A stretch of 64,000 bases of DNA, taken from Oscillospiraceae bacterium (GTDB lineage: Bacteria; Bacillota; Clostridia; Oscillospirales; Ruminococcaceae). The DNA is taken from the NCBI GenBank assembly GCA_028692035.1, contig JAQUYD010000008.1:20678-84677 (forward strand). Direction: 5' to 3'. Positions 48,454 to 58,400 of this stretch are shown here, piece by piece. Numbering within the stretch: the stretch's first letter is position 1; the number at the start of each line of letters is the position of its first letter. Made by a program: the position numbers and the translations under genes. Below the pieces are notes generated by a model. That model ran no database searches, was not told the DNA's origin, and was given only the letters and a program-made list of their open reading frames with translations.

Positions 48454-49113
48454 TTATGCGAAATTCTTTTTGTCCTGGGTGAATACCGCCGTTTTTTTCA
48501 CCGCCAGCCGGTCAATCATCATCCCTGTCTGCTGCCCAAACGCATCCAGCACCAGCGTTGGGTTGATGTTTAGCTCACTTCCGGCGGGCAGCAGAACATC
48601 CAACCGGATTTCCCCCTCGGCTGCGCCAAGGGTCAAGTCGTGAAGATGTTCTTTTAAGGAAATTTCCCGCTCGCCCTTTTTGGTCCGCTTCATGGTCGTA
48701 ATCTGCGGCTGCGCGAAAAACGCCTCCAGGATCTTTTGCGCCTGAACCACGTCTGTATCGGCCAAGGTCAACCGGACCTCGTACGCGGCCAGCGCAATAT
48801 CCGCCGCTTTATAAACCGGCGGCGTCGCTCCATAGGCGCGCAGGCCCGCCGGCAGCGTATCATTGAGCCGTTTGATGATCTCTTCCGGCGCCATTTCCCC
48901 CACCAGCCGGAAGTCCACACACTCGCACAGGCTTTCATATCCTAGCGCCAGCGGCAGCGGAAAGGTCAAATACGCATGGGGATTAAACCCCTCGGTAAAC
49001 CACAGCGGAATCCCTGCCCGCTTCATCGCCCGCTGGAAGCAACGGTTGATATCCAGATGGGAAATATACTTGGCCGTACCGGTTTTTTGATAAAATACCC
49101 GCATTGGCTCCAT
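48454..49113 (-). CDS. TIGR03936-type radical SAM-associated protein (DUF2344)
   Basis: 219 aa from MEPMRVFYQKTGTAKYISHLDINRCFQRAMKRAGIPLWFTEGFNPH. TGATG 1-nt overlap with the upstream radical SAM gene. Confidence 0.8.
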   Translation of the reverse strand: MEPMRVFYQKTGTAKYISHLDINRCFQRAMKRAGIPLWFTEGFNPHAYLTFPLPLALGYESLCECVDFRLVGEMAPEEIIKRLNDTLPAGLRAYGATPPVYKAADIALAAYEVRLTLADTDVVQAQKILEAFFAQPQITTMKRTKKGEREISLKEHLHDLTLGAAEGEIRLDVLLPAGSELNINPTLVLDAFGQQTGMMIDRLAVKKTAVFTQDKKNFA

Positions 49114-50945
49114 CAAAAACAGCTCCTTCCAATCAGGCGGTTTGCCCCGCAGCCACTGCAATGTTCCCGGCAATTGGGGGTCGGCGTATCCGCGTGCGCT
49201 TTCTGGTTCTCCCGGATGAGGAACTGCTTGCTCACGCCGTAATCCAAATGATCCCAGGGCATAACTTCATCGTAAGGACGGGTCCGGTTGGCGTAAAAGG
49301 TCCCGTCTATCCCATTTTTTTCAAACGCCGCTACCCAGGCGTCGTAATTAAAATGTTCTGTCCAGCCGTCCAGCTTGCAGCCGTTTTTCCAGGCGTCCTC
49401 CAGTACGGCGCACAACCGCCGGTCGCCCCTGGCCAGCACCGCTTCTAAAAAGCTGGTCTTGGATTCGTGGTAATTGATCCGGATTTTTTTGCTGCGGTTG
49501 TAGCCCACCATATGGCGCTGTTTTTCCCGCAGCATCTCCTCTGTATCCTGTGGCTCAAATTCGAAGGGGGTGAAGGGCTTTGGCACAAAGCATGCCAGGC
49601 TGACCGTTACATTCACGCCTTTTCCCTTGGGCTTATCCGGAAGGCTGTAAAACAAATCTACAACCTTCTGCGCCAGATCCACCACCCCTTCGATATCTTC
49701 CTTGGTCTCGGTGGGCAAGCCCATCATAAAGTAAAGCTTTACCGAAGTATAGCCGCCCTCAAAGGCGGTGCGGCAGGTGGCTAATACCTCATCCTCGGTG
49801 ACGTTTTTGTTGATCACGTCCCGCATTCGCTGGGTACCCGCCTCCGGCGCAAAGGTAAGGCCGCTTTTGCGCACCTTAGAGATCTTCTCCATCAGGCTGG
49901 GAGAAAAATTGTCGATTCTAAGCGACGGCAAAGACAGGTTGACCTTATCCTGCTCGGTCCAGGGGAGCATCTCCTCTAAAAGGCCCTCCAGCTGCGAATA
50001 GTCGCTGGTAGACAGAGAGGACAGGGAAACCTCATCGTACCCGGTGGAGGCGCACAGATCGTATCCATTTTTATTGAGTGTTTCGGAATTTTTCTCCCGG
50101 AACGGCCGGTAAATAAATCCCGCCTGGCAGAACCGGCAACCGCGGATACAGCCGCGGAACAATTCGATCACCGCTCGGTCGTGGACCGTCTCCAAAAACG
50201 GCACCACAAAGTTCTCTGGAAAGAACACCTTGTCCAAATCCTGGATAATGCGCTTATGCGTCACTGCCGGCGCGCCGTCCAGAGGCGCTACCCGCTCAAT
50301 GGTACCATCCGCCTTGTAGGTCACTTCGTATAGGGAGGGGACGTATACCCCCTCGATTTGCGATGCCTGCTGCAGGTATGCTTCACGGCTCCATCCCTCT
50401 TTCTTCGCCTGCAAAAACAGATGGGCCAATTCCAGATTGATCTCTTCCCCCTCGCCCAAAACAAACAGGTCGATAAAATCGGCAAGGGGCTCCGGATTGC
50501 AGGCGCAGGGGCCGCCTGCAACGATCATCGGCGCAAGGCTTTTCCTGTCGGCGGTGTGCAAGGGGATTCCCGCCAAATCCAGCATATTGAGAATTGCCGT
50601 GTAGGACATTTCATATTGCAACGTAAAGCCCACCATATCAAAATCCCGGATGGGATCGCGGCTTTCCAGCCCGAACAGGGGAATTTGTTCCTTACGCATC
50701 AGCGCTTCCATATCGGTATCCGGCGCAAAGACCCGCTCGCACCACATATTTTCTTCCCGGTTATATAACGAGTAGAGAATTTTCATGCCCAAATGGGACA
50801 TGCCTACTTCATACAGATCCGGAAAGCAAAAAGCAAAGCGAAAATCCACTTTGGCCGGATCCTTCACCACGCTATTGAGTTCCCCGCCAGTATAGCGGCC
50901 TGGTTTTTGCACCTTCATGAAAATTCTTTCCAGTTCAGGATTCAT
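49113..50945 (-). CDS. TIGR03960-type B12-binding radical SAM protein
   Basis: 610 aa. The radical SAM cluster is in FRGCIRGCRFCQAGFIYRP. An N-terminal B12-binding-like region is present. Confidence 0.86.
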   Translation of the reverse strand: MNPELERIFMKVQKPGRYTGGELNSVVKDPAKVDFRFAFCFPDLYEVGMSHLGMKILYSLYNREENMWCERVFAPDTDMEALMRKEQIPLFGLESRDPIRDFDMVGFTLQYEMSYTAILNMLDLAGIPLHTADRKSLAPMIVAGGPCACNPEPLADFIDLFVLGEGEEINLELAHLFLQAKKEGWSREAYLQQASQIEGVYVPSLYEVTYKADGTIERVAPLDGAPAVTHKRIIQDLDKVFFPENFVVPFLETVHDRAVIELFRGCIRGCRFCQAGFIYRPFREKNSETLNKNGYDLCASTGYDEVSLSSLSTSDYSQLEGLLEEMLPWTEQDKVNLSLPSLRIDNFSPSLMEKISKVRKSGLTFAPEAGTQRMRDVINKNVTEDEVLATCRTAFEGGYTSVKLYFMMGLPTETKEDIEGVVDLAQKVVDLFYSLPDKPKGKGVNVTVSLACFVPKPFTPFEFEPQDTEEMLREKQRHMVGYNRSKKIRINYHESKTSFLEAVLARGDRRLCAVLEDAWKNGCKLDGWTEHFNYDAWVAAFEKNGIDGTFYANRTRPYDEVMPWDHLDYGVSKQFLIRENQKAHADTPTPNCREHCSGCGANRLIGRSCF

Positions 50946-51051
50946 TTTGTTTTCTCCCGTTCCATCTTGTTTTTTGATTCCAAGACGTTATTTGGCTGTT
51001 CCTTTCAAACGGAACCATCCTTTTTCGGCTTTTTTCCGTCAAACGCTTTTT

Positions 51052-53637
51052 TTACAGGTCCTTTTGCCATAAGCAGCAATTCCCTTTTTCCCTGTTCTTA
51101 ACCCAATATAGTGCCTGGTCGGCCTGTTCCAGCGCTTGTGCAATCGCGTCCCCGGAGCGCACCATCGCCACACCCGCGGAGCAGGTTCCCATGATTCCAC
51201 CCTGAAGGCCGTTTTCGCGGACCGCGGCGCAAATCTCTTCACCCTTCTTTTTCGCCACCTCTTCCGATGGCATCTGCCGCATGATCGCCACAAATTCATC
51301 GCCGCCAACGCGGGCCAGAATATCCTTCTCTCGGGTATGGGTGCGCAGGATTGCGCCAAATTTTTCCAACATACGGTCGCCCTTTGCGTGGCCGTAATGA
51401 TCGTTGCAAGGTTTTAGGTCGTCCAAATCAAAAACATAAACCGCCAGAGGCAGATCGCTTTGCGACAGGGCGTTGATCTTAACCTCCATCCCACGGCGGT
51501 TCAAAACGCCGGTCAAAGGATCTTTATAAGCCGCGTCTTGTAACATCCGGGCCTTTTCTTCATTGGCTGCGGCGCTGATAACTCGATGCAGCCGTTTCGA
51601 GAGGCTCTGCATAAGATGCGGCTTCCCGATAAAATCAGCTGCGCCCGCTTCCAACGCCCTCCACTCGGTTTGTGCATCCGGCGGCGCGGTGGCGACAATC
51701 GGGATGTTCCAAAATCTTTTTTCCTGCTGAATGGTACGCAGCAACGCAAATCCGTCCAGCGAGGGGCCGGACAGGCTTACAATCATCGCTGCAATCCGCC
51801 TGTGCGTTTCGATGTATCCCAACGTCTCCTCATAGGAGGCCATGCTTTTCACCCGGTATTGCCCCCGAAATGTTTCACTGATTTGCTTTTGATAGGCTTC
51901 ATCCGCATCGGCAACCAGGAGAACCGGCAATTCTTTTAAAAATTGGAAAGGGGACTCTCCCGGTTTTTCTTTTTCCCGTTGGAACTCGCCCAGAAGCAAT
52001 TCATACGCATCACAGGGCATTGGTTTGGCGAAATAATACCCCTGTACATAGTCGCAGCCGATTTCACTGAGGCGGTCCAGCTGCTCCTTCGTCTCCACCC
52101 CTTCCGCTACCACGCTCAAATGCATCCACCTTGCCAAGTCGATGATAAACTGCAAAATCCCGCCGCTATTGGGTTTGGCCGTTTCATTCTGGATAAATTT
52201 CATGTCCAGCTTCAAAACGTCGATGGGGAGTTCGTTTAACATATTTAAAGAAGAATAGCCCTGCCCGAAATCGTCCATCTCGATGTAAAAGCCCAATCTC
52301 CGCAAACGCCGTACCGTGTCAATAATTTGCTTGGGATTTTCCGTATAGGCGCTTTCCGTAATTTCAAGATGAAGACGGGACGGCTCCAGCCCATATTTTT
52401 GGACGGTCTCCAACAGAATATGGGCAATATCCGCATTGTAAATGTCCGCGCGGGACACATTGACCGAAACGGAGACCGAAGGCAGGCCCTTGTCCTGCCA
52501 GTTCCGCAGCATAGCGCAGGCCCGGTCCCATACAAACTGATCCAGCTTGGTGATAAACCCGTTTTTTTCAAACAGTGGAATGAACTCGGAGGGGGACTGC
52601 ATGCCCCACTTTGGATGATTCCACCGAACCAGCACTTCCGCCCCAACCAGCCTCTCATCCCTAATTTGGTACTTCGGCTGCAAATAGATCTGGAACTGTT
52701 TCTGTTCCAGCGCTTCCTCCATGCCGGCGGTCATTTCCTGGTCATGCAACAGCTGGTTGCGCAGCTCATCGTCATGTTTTGCAAAATACTTTCCATACTG
52801 TCCCTTGATCCTGTTTGCTGCCAGCAGTGCCCGATCGCACATCTGCTCAACTGAGGCAAGGCGGCCCTGTACTTCATAAATTCCCCATTTGATCGTAATA
52901 TTTTGCATTTTTAAAGCCTGATTCACCTGCTCGGTAAAAGCCGAAAAAAGTTCCTGCGGATAATCCGGCTGGTGTCGGACCAGACAAGCAAAACGATCCG
53001 AATCCAACCGCCCACAAATACCGTGGCCCCTGATTTTCTGCCGGTATAAATCCGCAATACCGCAAAGCAGGCGGTCTCCGGTGGAAACGCCGAACACATC
53101 GTTGACCAGCTTAAAATTTTCAATGTCGGAACAGATAATATCATACCGTTCCTCCGAATCGCTCTGCAGGATACTGTGTGCCCGCTGATAGAAAAACTCC
53201 TTACTAAAAAGGCCGGTCAGCCGGTCATACTGAAGAAGATTGATCATCGCAGCCGTTTCCCGCAAATTGATCATGCTGGCTACCCGGTGCAAAATGACCT
53301 GCGCCCGATAAGGTTTGGCAATAAAATCCGTCGCGCCGCTGGATAGGGCCGCAACCTCATCCGATTCGCTATCTCTCTGCGTTGTGACGATAACCGGGAT
53401 GGATGCATAATCCGGATTTGCTTTCATCTTTTTCATGAACGTATAGCCGTCCATAACCGGCATCATAATATCCAGCAAAATTAAGGAGACGCCCTCCCCA
53501 TACTGCTGCAAAACCTCCAGCGCCGCCTGCCCATTTTCCGCCTCTAAAATATCATAAGAAGGCTCCAAAATCCGGCGGAGCATCTGCCGGTTGAGCGGAT
53601 TATCTTCTACGATCAAAACCTTTTTCTGTGAAAGCAT
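51052..53637 (-). CDS. Composite c-di-GMP signalling protein: REC - degenerate GGDEF - EAL - pseudo-REC - GGDEF
   Basis: 861 aa from MLSQKKVLIVEDN. REC1 has LILLDIMMPVMDG. GGDEF-1 carries GRLDSDRF in place of GGDEF. The EAL domain has the EVLVRW motif. REC2 has IVSLSGPSLDG (no acceptor Asp). GGDEF-2 has an intact RVGGDEFVAIM. Confidence 0.9.
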   Translation of the reverse strand: MLSQKKVLIVEDNPLNRQMLRRILEPSYDILEAENGQAALEVLQQYGEGVSLILLDIMMPVMDGYTFMKKMKANPDYASIPVIVTTQRDSESDEVAALSSGATDFIAKPYRAQVILHRVASMINLRETAAMINLLQYDRLTGLFSKEFFYQRAHSILQSDSEERYDIICSDIENFKLVNDVFGVSTGDRLLCGIADLYRQKIRGHGICGRLDSDRFACLVRHQPDYPQELFSAFTEQVNQALKMQNITIKWGIYEVQGRLASVEQMCDRALLAANRIKGQYGKYFAKHDDELRNQLLHDQEMTAGMEEALEQKQFQIYLQPKYQIRDERLVGAEVLVRWNHPKWGMQSPSEFIPLFEKNGFITKLDQFVWDRACAMLRNWQDKGLPSVSVSVNVSRADIYNADIAHILLETVQKYGLEPSRLHLEITESAYTENPKQIIDTVRRLRRLGFYIEMDDFGQGYSSLNMLNELPIDVLKLDMKFIQNETAKPNSGGILQFIIDLARWMHLSVVAEGVETKEQLDRLSEIGCDYVQGYYFAKPMPCDAYELLLGEFQREKEKPGESPFQFLKELPVLLVADADEAYQKQISETFRGQYRVKSMASYEETLGYIETHRRIAAMIVSLSGPSLDGFALLRTIQQEKRFWNIPIVATAPPDAQTEWRALEAGAADFIGKPHLMQSLSKRLHRVISAAANEEKARMLQDAAYKDPLTGVLNRRGMEVKINALSQSDLPLAVYVFDLDDLKPCNDHYGHAKGDRMLEKFGAILRTHTREKDILARVGGDEFVAIMRQMPSEEVAKKKGEEICAAVRENGLQGGIMGTCSAGVAMVRSGDAIAQALEQADQALYWVKNREKGNCCLWQKDL

Positions 53638-53814
53638 AAGCGCGATCCCTCTTATTTTTAAGATACAACCCAAGCTGGGCTATTGGGTACCCAACTTATG
53701 TCACATGCTAAACTGTTCTTTTCTTTATATTAACCGATATATTTTACCATGTCCGTAGGGAAAAGGCAACTTTTCCGCTGAAAACATCCGGCAAAAAAAC
53801 ATCCAGCCATCATT

Positions 53815-54399
53815 TCAAATTTCACGATTTCCCGCCAGCAGCAGCCAGAATAGATAGGCGGTAGTCGCCAGCAGGGAGGCGTTATAGCCGCTTTTCCACA
53901 GCACGACCGCGGCCGACAGCGCCAGAAAAACCCCGCAGCTAAACGAGATCGACCGCGACCAGAAATCCGACCTGCTAATGTCCACCCTCCGCTGCAAAAA
54001 GCAGCGGAGGAGCTGTCCGCCATCCAAAACGCCCATAGGCAGCAGGTTAAACAGCCCCAGCAGCAGGTGCACCTGCCAAACAGCCGGAGCCTTCCAAAAA
54101 AGCAAGGCGATCAGCAGATTTACCGCCGGGCCGGCGGCATAAATGCCGATCTCCTTTCCATAGCTTATGCGGATACCTGGCCGCTTCTCCATCCTGATTC
54201 CAAAGCTGCCGAACACGATCCTTTGTGGCCGCTCCCCCATGGCCACCATCGCCAGCAGATGGCCCAGCTCATGGGAAAGGGCCGCCAATACCATCTGTCC
54301 GCCCAACCCTGTTCGGTCGTAAAGCAAAAATAGGATCAGCCCACACAAAAACGGAACGGAGACCCGGATCCCTTCCTGTTCAAACCACTTCCAACTCAA
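53815..54399 (-). CDS. M50 family (site-2 protease type) membrane metalloprotease, short form without CBS domain
   Basis: 194 aa. TTG start in a TTGA overlap with the M23 gene. HEXXH in LSHELGHLLAM and the NxxPxxxLDG motif in FNLLPMGVLDGGQLL. Confidence 0.8.
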   Translation of the reverse strand: MSWKWFEQEGIRVSVPFLCGLILFLLYDRTGLGGQMVLAALSHELGHLLAMVAMGERPQRIVFGSFGIRMEKRPGIRISYGKEIGIYAAGPAVNLLIALLFWKAPAVWQVHLLLGLFNLLPMGVLDGGQLLRCFLQRRVDISRSDFWSRSISFSCGVFLALSAAVVLWKSGYNASLLATTAYLFWLLLAGNREI

Positions 54400-55364
54400 C
54401 GGTTTTCACCTTGCCCGGCAATCTGCCGGTCGCCCAGCAGCCACGCGGGATCCACCCGGAGTCCATTCACGCGGACTTCCCAATGCAAATGGGGGCCGGT
54501 AGACCAACCGGTAGAGCCAACATACCCAATGGACTCCCCCTGCCGTAGCACGGCCCCTTCCTGCACCACGATAGAATCGCAATGCGCATAAAAAGTCGCC
54601 AGCCTACCGCTGTGGCTGACGAGCGCATAGTTTCCATAGATCTCCGACCAGCCCACTTCGCTGACCGTGCCCGGCCAGGCCGCGCTGATCCGCGTCCCCT
54701 GTGCTGCCGCCAGGTCAATTCCCGTGTGGAAGTCCAGCTCTCCGGTGAGCGGATGGAGCCGGTACCCGTAAATACTTGTAACGGTCGCCCGTTTGACCGG
54801 TAATAACGGCTTTGCGCTGACCGCTACCGGCGAAAGCAGGCAACCCTCTGGCGCCTGATAGCGAGCCGTATCTGCGCCAGATGCGCTCACCGGAAGGTAG
54901 CCTCCCATACCGGTCAAGCCGGTAGAATCCACCGTTTTTTTTGCTTTGCCGTATCGTTCGATATAGCGGTACAGTTCCTCCAGCTTTTCTGGGGACACAC
55001 CGGCGTCCTGCGCCTTCTCGTCTGCTTGCGTTGCGGGAAGGACGCCGGCCGCGTCTGGTGTGGCGACAGGCGCTTGCTGTTCTTGCGAGGGTTTTGAAAA
55101 GATCCCAGATAGTAATTTTTCTACCTGCTGGGTTTGATCCGCCGCGTCCATCTGCGCCAACAGCTGTTCTTTACCACTGGCAAACCACCCCGCGTCAAAT
55201 AGCCAACCGCCCAGCAGACACAGCAGCAGAATCGTGCAAACTCCAATTTGGTATGGCAAAATGCCGCCCCCCTTGTTTTGAACTGCCCTTCGTCCATAAT
55301 TGGACGAAGGTGCCCCATAAGGCTGAGGGCTCCTTCTCCCTGCAAAATCCCGCCGATCTGCCAT
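54396..55364 (-). CDS. M23 family (LytM-type) metallopeptidase, membrane anchored
   Basis: 322 aa with one TM segment. Intact catalytic motifs HTGIDLAA and GPHLHWEV. Confidence 0.88.
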   Translation of the reverse strand: MADRRDFAGRRSPQPYGAPSSNYGRRAVQNKGGGILPYQIGVCTILLLCLLGGWLFDAGWFASGKEQLLAQMDAADQTQQVEKLLSGIFSKPSQEQQAPVATPDAAGVLPATQADEKAQDAGVSPEKLEELYRYIERYGKAKKTVDSTGLTGMGGYLPVSASGADTARYQAPEGCLLSPVAVSAKPLLPVKRATVTSIYGYRLHPLTGELDFHTGIDLAAAQGTRISAAWPGTVSEVGWSEIYGNYALVSHSGRLATFYAHCDSIVVQEGAVLRQGESIGYVGSTGWSTGPHLHWEVRVNGLRVDPAWLLGDRQIAGQGENR

Positions 55365-55427
55365 GCCTTTTCCCTCCGTTTTCTGTTCCTAAGCCATCCT
55401 ATGAAAAAAAAGGACAAAATATGCAAA

Positions 55428-55463
55428 AGAGAAGGAAGCGCATTTTAAAGCGCTTCCTTCTCT
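55428..55463 (-). terminator. Intrinsic terminator downstream of the 1254-aa surface protein gene
   Basis: 14-bp perfect stem agagaaggaagcgc / gcgcttccttctct with an 8-nt loop, followed by a T-rich tract on the minus strand. Confidence 0.82.
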
Positions 55464-55491
55464 AAAGCCGATGGCATTTTCGCTGTAACCC

Positions 55492-58400
55492 TTAGTGCCA
55501 GACCGAACCGCTGCTCGTAACGGTGACGGTCCACTCGCAGGTGGAGCCATCTTCCGCCGTCAGCGTCACCGTTGTAACACCGACGCCGACGCCGACAACC
55601 GAGCCACTTTCTGTAACGGTCGCAACCTGGGTGTCCCCGCTTTTAAAGGTGACCTTCGGGTTGGCGGTGGAGGGCCTCACCTCATAGGTCAACTGCTGGC
55701 TTTTCCCCATGCGGATCGAGATTTCATCATCGTCCGGGACGATCCCATCCAGTCCAGAAGAGCTGCTGGAGCTGGCCGAACTGCTGGAACTACTGGAACT
55801 ACTGGAACTACCGGAGCTACTGGAAGTACTGGAAACCGTCACTTCACAAACGGTGGTGGCGCCGGTGCTGGCAGTAACGGTAATCGTTGTAATTCCAACT
55901 GCATTCGCCGTCACCATACCGCTGGAATCCACTGTTGCAACACTGCTGTTTCCAGTGGACCATGTGTATGTAACCGTCCCGCTGCCGCCGGTAGACGCAG
56001 CCGTCAGCTGATATTTATCGCCCTTCTGCAAACGGATCTCCGTCCGATTCAGGGTAACGCTTGCGGTCGTCCCTTTGACGGTGATTTTACAGGTGGCAGT
56101 TTTCCCGCCGCTGGCGGTTGTAGCCGTAATCGTAGCCGTTCCCTCTTTCTTGCCGGTAACGGTACCGTTGGCGCTCACCACTGCTACCGCTTCGTTAGAG
56201 CTGGTCCAGGTGATTTCCTTGTTCGTAGCATTTTCCGGTTTGACCGTCGCCGCCAAAGTCAACGTTTCGCCAACCTTGATCGTCGCCGCCGTTTGATCCA
56301 GGGAAACGCCGGTGACCGCTACAGCGGAGCCGCCGCTCATATCCCCCACTGCCTGTGTGCCGGTGGCTGTATTGCCCATCCCCGCTGCAGACAGATAGGA
56401 CTTGATTGCAGAAGCCACCTGCGAAGCGATTGATTTCTGGTAGCTGGCCGTAATCAGCTTGTAATATTCCGATTGATTGGAAACAAAGCCCGTCTCCAAC
56501 AGGATCGCCGGAAATTCGCTGTCACGGGTCATATAAAACCGGCCAAATTTGGCGCCGCGGTTTCCTGTTTCCAGGGCACCGGAAGCGGCAGAACTGGCTT
56601 TAGACGCCAAATCGGTGGAGAAGGCATTGAAGTAATATGCCTCGGAACCGCTGGCAGAGGAACTCGTCGAAGAGTTGGCATGCACGCTGACGAGCAGGTG
56701 CGGGTCGGCGCTCTTTCCGTTGTTCATTCTGGTCAGCAGCTCGACCTTGCCGTTGGTCGTATTGTTCATATAAACATAGGCACCCATGGACTCCAATTCC
56801 GCCTTCAGATACTTGGAAATCGCCAGGTTTACTTCGTACTCGTTGTAGTCCTCGCGGAAGCCCAATGCGCCCGGATCGGTATTGCAGTGGCCGGGGTCAA
56901 TGACAATTCTAGCCGCGCTCATGGAAGCGGGCGGGTTGTTGCACTGGAACACCAGATAGCCTGTATCGGATTCATAGTAGGCTTTATACCCCAAAAATCC
57001 GTTTTTGAGTTTTAGCTTTAAGGTGCTGCCGCTCCAGGAGGCAGAGCTAAACAGCGGATTTTTTGACAGGCTTAAATCATCCGGCACACTGTCAGTATAG
57101 TGGAATTCGATGTTGAGTGCGCTGGAGGAATAATTAAACGTGTAAGCCGCTTTCTGGGACATTTTCAACTTGACGTAGGTATGACTGCTGTCGCTGACCA
57201 CCTGCAGGCCGGAAATGACGTTCTTCTCCATCGAACCGCCCACCGTTGTGATATCCTTGGAATAGACCCGCCGGCCGGAAGCCAAATTGTAATAGGAATA
57301 GGTCGTGCTTCCCTCTTTATAAACCAGCTCATCGCCTACCACAAAGTCCAGGCTTCCCTTACAGATCGGGAAATAGGACGGCTGCGACAGGTCGTCCAGC
57401 GTGTTATCCGGAAAAGTCTCCGCCTGAGAAGCGGTCACCTGGATCAATACGCCATCACTAATCTGTACTTTTTTGTTAACGGTTACATAAGCGCCTTGCA
57501 AAGAATCGGTCGCGCCGCTCCAACTGGCGGAAATCGACACATTCCCCAGACTCTGCGCAGAAGACCCTGCGGCGGGGATTGTAAATTTGCCGCTGAATTT
57601 TACAAAGTTCGTATCCTTATCGGTCGAGTCGTCGTCCGCCGTGTCGCGGGTCAACTGGATCGACTGGCCGCCCAGACTTGCGGTGACCTTGGCATCTTTA
57701 TACGCCATCGCGGAAACCGTGACTTCGGTTCCACCGTTGACAGTCAGGTTGCCCTGTGGGGAAATGCTTTCCAGCACCTTCACAACCCGCGTGATATTAT
57801 AGGTCACGCTCTGGTCCTTATGCTTAAATGTAAAGGTATTCAGTCCTGGCTTTAATTCTAGTTCCATACTAAAGTAGCCGTTTGCATCCCGCTCCAGTTT
57901 TTCGCCGTTAAATAACGCGTCAAAATACGGGTCGGACGATCCGCTGAATACAACGGTCGGCTCATAAGTCGTAAAGGTGGTTTCTTTCGGCTTTGCCACC
58001 TCCAGTTTAGTGGCAAAGTATTCGACGTCCAGCTCCTCGCTAAACAGTTTTTTCAGCGCGGTAGTGCTGCCCTGCGGATCTGCCTTCAACCGGCTTAAAG
58101 AGTCAAACATGCTGCCCTTGTATCCCGTGACCTTCCGGGCTTCTATCACCTGTTCGGTCAATTCGGTGGGGCTTGTCCAGCCAGACTCTGTGGAGACCGA
58201 CTTACTGGACGCCTGCACCGCATAAAGAGGGATCCCCTTTTGCTGCGCCAATGTCGCCCACCATTTGATAACGGTGGTAAAGGGGGCAACCGTATTGTTT
58301 CGGGACGCAAACGATTTGACCGCTACAAAATCGTAATATCCCTGCTCTACAAAGCTTTTGGTGTCGGCGTAACCGTCTACCAGCGCCTGGAAGCTGGCGG

